Assembly: GCA_002269645.1 (NCBI GenBank)
Contig: NIVC01000721.1
Coordinates: 105,968 to 169,967 of the forward strand
Source of the DNA: Macrostomum lignano
Taxonomy: Eukaryota
Direction: 5' to 3'
DNA: 64,000 bases
The position numbers were made by a program, and so were the translations under genes. Each line of letters starts with the position of its first letter. Positions within the stretch are counted from its first letter, which is position 1. Below the pieces are notes generated by a model. The model was given only the letters and a program-made list of their open reading frames with translations, was not told the origin of the DNA and did not search any database. Of this stretch, positions 60,459-64,000 are shown piece by piece.

Positions 60459-61043
60459 TGGGATGGGCGTGTCCTCGCGGTTAAGCTACTGGTTTCTTAT
60501 TTGCTAAGGATTATGAGTGGATTATTATCTGCGGTACTGTTTTAATGTTTGGTAGTTCGCTGCCACCAGGTTCCTGCTGTTCCCTAATTCTAGCTTTAGG
60601 TTTAAAGAACTGAGTCAGGACACCAATTTAGATTTAGTTAACACAAAAAGTTTTAATAATAAAAAAACGGAAATGGTTACTTGATTGTACAAAAGTTTGG
60701 TTTTACATTAGTTCCTATACTTAAGTTTTCTGTTGTGCGTTGGGCAAGACTCCCAGTTTATAGATTTAGAGGCAAGACTCCTCTGTGCACGCCTAAATTA
60801 TATTCCTTTTATTTATTTCCCCTTCTTACCGCTTTTCTTGTGAGTTTTCCAAGTTCGAAGACACTCCAACAACAACAACTTTTCTTTCCCAAGAGCCCAA
60901 CTGCTCTGTAGTTCTAAAGGAACCCCAATTTTATCTACTTACCCCCGCTCTAATTATTTCCCCGGGTTGAAACTACTGATAGTAGGGTAAAAGCATAATT
61001 GGACCCACAAAATTTCCCGTTCCTAAAATAATGCCCTACTACA
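60459..61043 (-). repeat. 5' LTR (585 bp, TG...CA)
   Basis: Followed by the TSD CTAA at 61044-61047. Confidence 0.95.
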
Positions 61044-61365
61044 CTAAAATCACCAAATCATAAATCATTGCTATTCCAAATAAGCCAGACTTAAAAAGCA
61101 GAGCACCAAGGCATTTGCCTTCATTAACCTACAGAAATGACAGTTCACACTAAATTCCTAGGCTCCTTCTTTTCTAGTGGAACAATAGTCTATGGCCAAA
61201 CCTCACTAAAAAACAAAGCCTGAGAACTCAAAACAAGACCTGTTAACCAGTTAACAGGCCTAGGAACAAGTCCTGAGAACATTTTAGAACAACTATAATT
61301 CGTCAGTTAGTCCATTAGAAGTATAAACTATCAACAGCAGTAATGACCGGTTCATTCTTGCCAAT

Positions 61366-62656
61366 TCACTCGAACATGATTTCTATGGTATTGGTGTCAC
61401 CGTGGACAGTCATGTGCATCTTCTTGGTAGTACCATCAGATACAACATCTTGCTCATTGGTCTGCCCATTGGACTCCATGGCTTCTCCGGCATGTAGAGC
61501 GTAGGTCACACGCAAAAGGTCCGGGACATCTAGCCGTATGTACCTCTCAATTGCATTGGACAAATGTCCAGTGACATGGGCTATATCGTCCCTAGCCAGT
61601 CCAGCCCAATGCAACATGCTGGCACAAGTCTTCCTTAAAGACTGGTTTGAGAATTTACTATCCATAGACATGGGCTTGGTGATATTCGCCACAATGAAGT
61701 CGAGAGTACGCCGGCCAATAGGTCCATTCTGGTACCATCTGCCGCTCTTAATGGCAGACTCACTTTGAAACCAAGTCAGAAAAAGGTTCTCGTTCTTACA
61801 TTGCTCCAGTTGGTAGCCGTCGTAGATTTTATAGATGCACGGAAGGCAGCGCTCATGATCTAGGGTGTGCAAAGCCATGACAACCTTCACAGGACAATTC
61901 TTGCTTCTGATCCTAGCATTGTTGGTTTTCGTGCTCCGCTCCTCTCTGTAGACCAACATTTCCTGGCCATCGTGTAGTTCTAAGCAAATCTCTTTGCCTC
62001 TCTTTAGACTGTGCAGCTCTGTACCACCACAAAGTTTGGTACAGGCAAAGTTTTTTTCCGATATAGAACACGAGTGTATACACCAGAGTCTTGGGATTGC
62101 CTGTACCAAGGAGTTTCTTATCCCATAGATCTTTTTCCATGTCGAATGGAATTGGGTCAGAAACAAACTTTCCAGCAATGTTGCCCTCCTTGGTTGTCTC
62201 TTTCATCCCAGCATCAAGCACTCTTCAAGCACCTAGAAAATTGTCATCTTTCCATAGATTCCAGTTAGTGCCAAGTCCAAAATGTATATGTCGCTGCAAC
62301 ATGTTAAACATATCTCTCAGACTACTCAAGTTATACTTGGTACTGTCAGTTTTTCTAACCTCAAACAGGAAGGTCTTTAGTAGATAGTTCCAATCTGATT
62401 TTCCCCATTCAGAACACTCTTTAAACACAGATAGACTGCAGGCGTCTCCATGAAGCAGTTTGGTTTGCCTCTCCTGAAACCAGTCGTCAAATAGCTTTAG
62501 TGCCCATCGTTCCTTCTGGCATGTTGATTCCGGCACAGCAGCATCAATCCTTTCAGCAACCTCGTTATCGGACAGTAACGCAAATCTAGAAGCCTTGTTT
62601 TCTCTCAATTCAATGTCATTCAACCAGTCAAAAGCAAGTTCCAAGTCGTGTTCCAT
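61366..62656 (-). pseudogene. Crypton-type tyrosine recombinase (DUF3504 / KCTD1-ZMYM-like), disabled
   Basis: VPESTCQKERWA, FLFEVRKTD..Y, LWDKKLLGTGNPKTL, WYQNGPIGRRTL, NQSLRKTCAS and TGH..AIERY. There is a TGA at 62225 and a frameshift near 62040. Confidence 0.8.
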
Positions 62657-63056
62657 GATTCTCAGTTCTCTCTGATTTTCTCTAGCTGCCCAAACCTTTC
62701 CTTTCTTGCTTTTAATTTAAGCATCAAATCTTTTACTTTAATTTTTATGTCTGTGGTTAAATGTGGGGGGCTGCGCCCCCACACCCCCACTTTTGATGAA
62801 TACCTCACTCCCACTCCCAGGTGCTTCCAATATCTGTAGATTAAGTATGATCTTTGTCTGTTCTTTTGGTTCCTATGGCAGAGAAAGGCCGAGGATGCTG
62901 TTCTCAGGATAAGGCAAAGCCGAGATTACAAAAACAAAAAAAACAAAGATTATATACTTCCTATACTGTGAAACTAAAAAGCTAGATGTTAATATAGATG
63001 CAGCTGGTGTTGAATCTATATCTATGATCTTAGCAAGGAAGTGTAGAATACAAATA

Positions 63057-63690
63057 CACTCAGCAACATTTAAAACGCAACACTCTAACTAGAAGAAAAA
63101 TCAACTCACTCAGAAGAGTCAAAGCGCATAGTCTATGGTTCAAATCGAGCTTCAGAAACGCGTGTAGCTTCCTCTCGCAAGTAACAGGGCGATGACTATG
63201 GACTGTTTTCAGATAGAGTGATCCAGCTGAGAGAATGGTTCAACAGATGACAGACGCGGAAAGATGGCGAGCAGTCGGAATGTTGGAAGCAGGTTGTACT
63301 CTTCGAACAACAGCTGTTGTACTGCGAAGTTGGTGAAGCACCGTACCTTTTCTCGCGTGAGCCACGCTTCCAGTGGCTCTGCTCTTCTGTAGCAGACGTA
63401 AAACTGTTGAAGGCGACCTCCCGAAGTGGTTCGCAACTGTTCGAAGAGTACAACCTGCTTCCAACATTCCGACTGCTCGCCATCTTTCCGCGTCTGTCAT
63501 CTGTTGAACCATTCTCTCAGCTGGATCACTCTATCTGAAAACAGTCCATAGTCATCGCCCTGTTACTTGCGAGAGGAAGCTACACGCGTTTCTGAAGCTC
63601 GATTTGAACCATAGACTATGCGCTTTGACTCTTCTGAGTGAGTTGATTTTTCTTCTAGTTAGAGTGTTGCGTTTTAAATGTTGCTGAGTG
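63057..63690 (-). mobile_element. Tc1/mariner-derived foldback element with 253-bp inverted arms and TA TSD
   Basis: Arms at 63057-63309 and 63438-63690 are flanked by TA. MTDAERWRAVGMLEAG...VANHFGRSPSTVLRLLQKSRATGSV is a Tc1 paired-type HTH. Confidence 0.88.
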
Positions 63691-64000
63691 TATATAAGTC
63701 AATCCTGATTGCTGTCTTTATCAAATTTAAGAAGACATTTAATTCATATATATCACTTGTCAAAACAAACTGGGTTCTATTAACATGTGCTATAATATGA
63801 TACAAAAAACTGCTATGTCAACAATAGACAGTAGTCAATAGCACATTTTTCCAAGTAAAAATCCCAAACATTTGTCTAAATAGTTGTTTATTTATAGTTT
63901 ACTGTATATATGTATAAACATTTGTTTTTCTGGATAATTATATAGTTGTAAAATCAGGGAACTCTGCACTATATTTCTATAGAATCTATTGTAAAATATT

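Larger units (their letters stand above)
52654..61043 (-). mobile_element. Full-length but disabled Ty3/Gypsy LTR retrotransposon
   Basis: LTRs at 52654-53239 and 60459-61043, 4-bp TSD CTAA, PBS, PPT, and gag-PR-RT-RH-IN order. Confidence 0.97.

Noticed and set aside
52877-60911. Twin 76-aa ORFs at 52877 and 60681
   Set aside because: They are the same LTR sequence read twice; TTG start and no coding signature.

Overview
Eukaryotic (metazoan) genomic DNA. The GC-rich exons, minisatellite-filled introns and AG acceptors just upstream of start codons suggest a trans-splicing flatworm such as Macrostomum; this is an inference, not confirmed. Five host genes lie in two divergent same-strand clusters. 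On the minus strand are PPAN/SSF1 (3 exons), an intronless claudin-like gene and CEBPZ/NOC1 (runs off the left edge). On the plus strand are DNAJC9 (2 exons) and a multi-exon HEATR6. Nearly every intron and intergenic gap in these clusters carries its own unrelated tandem array, and one array appears to have expanded from the first codons of HEATR6. The spacer between the clusters (10-26 kb) and the right third (42-64 kb) are transposon-rich. They hold Merlin- and THAP/P-like relics, several TIR elements with readable TSDs (two share one triplicated target site), a solo LTR and an Hsp70 fragment fused to a Gypsy RT relic. They also hold a full-length decayed Ty3/Gypsy element with an extra third ORF and one-sided CpG decay of its LTRs, a Crypton-type tyrosine recombinase pseudogene and a Tc1 foldback. 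I recognised no rRNA, tRNA or CRISPR array. All coordinates and alignments were read by eye; family assignments come from remembered motifs, not database searches.
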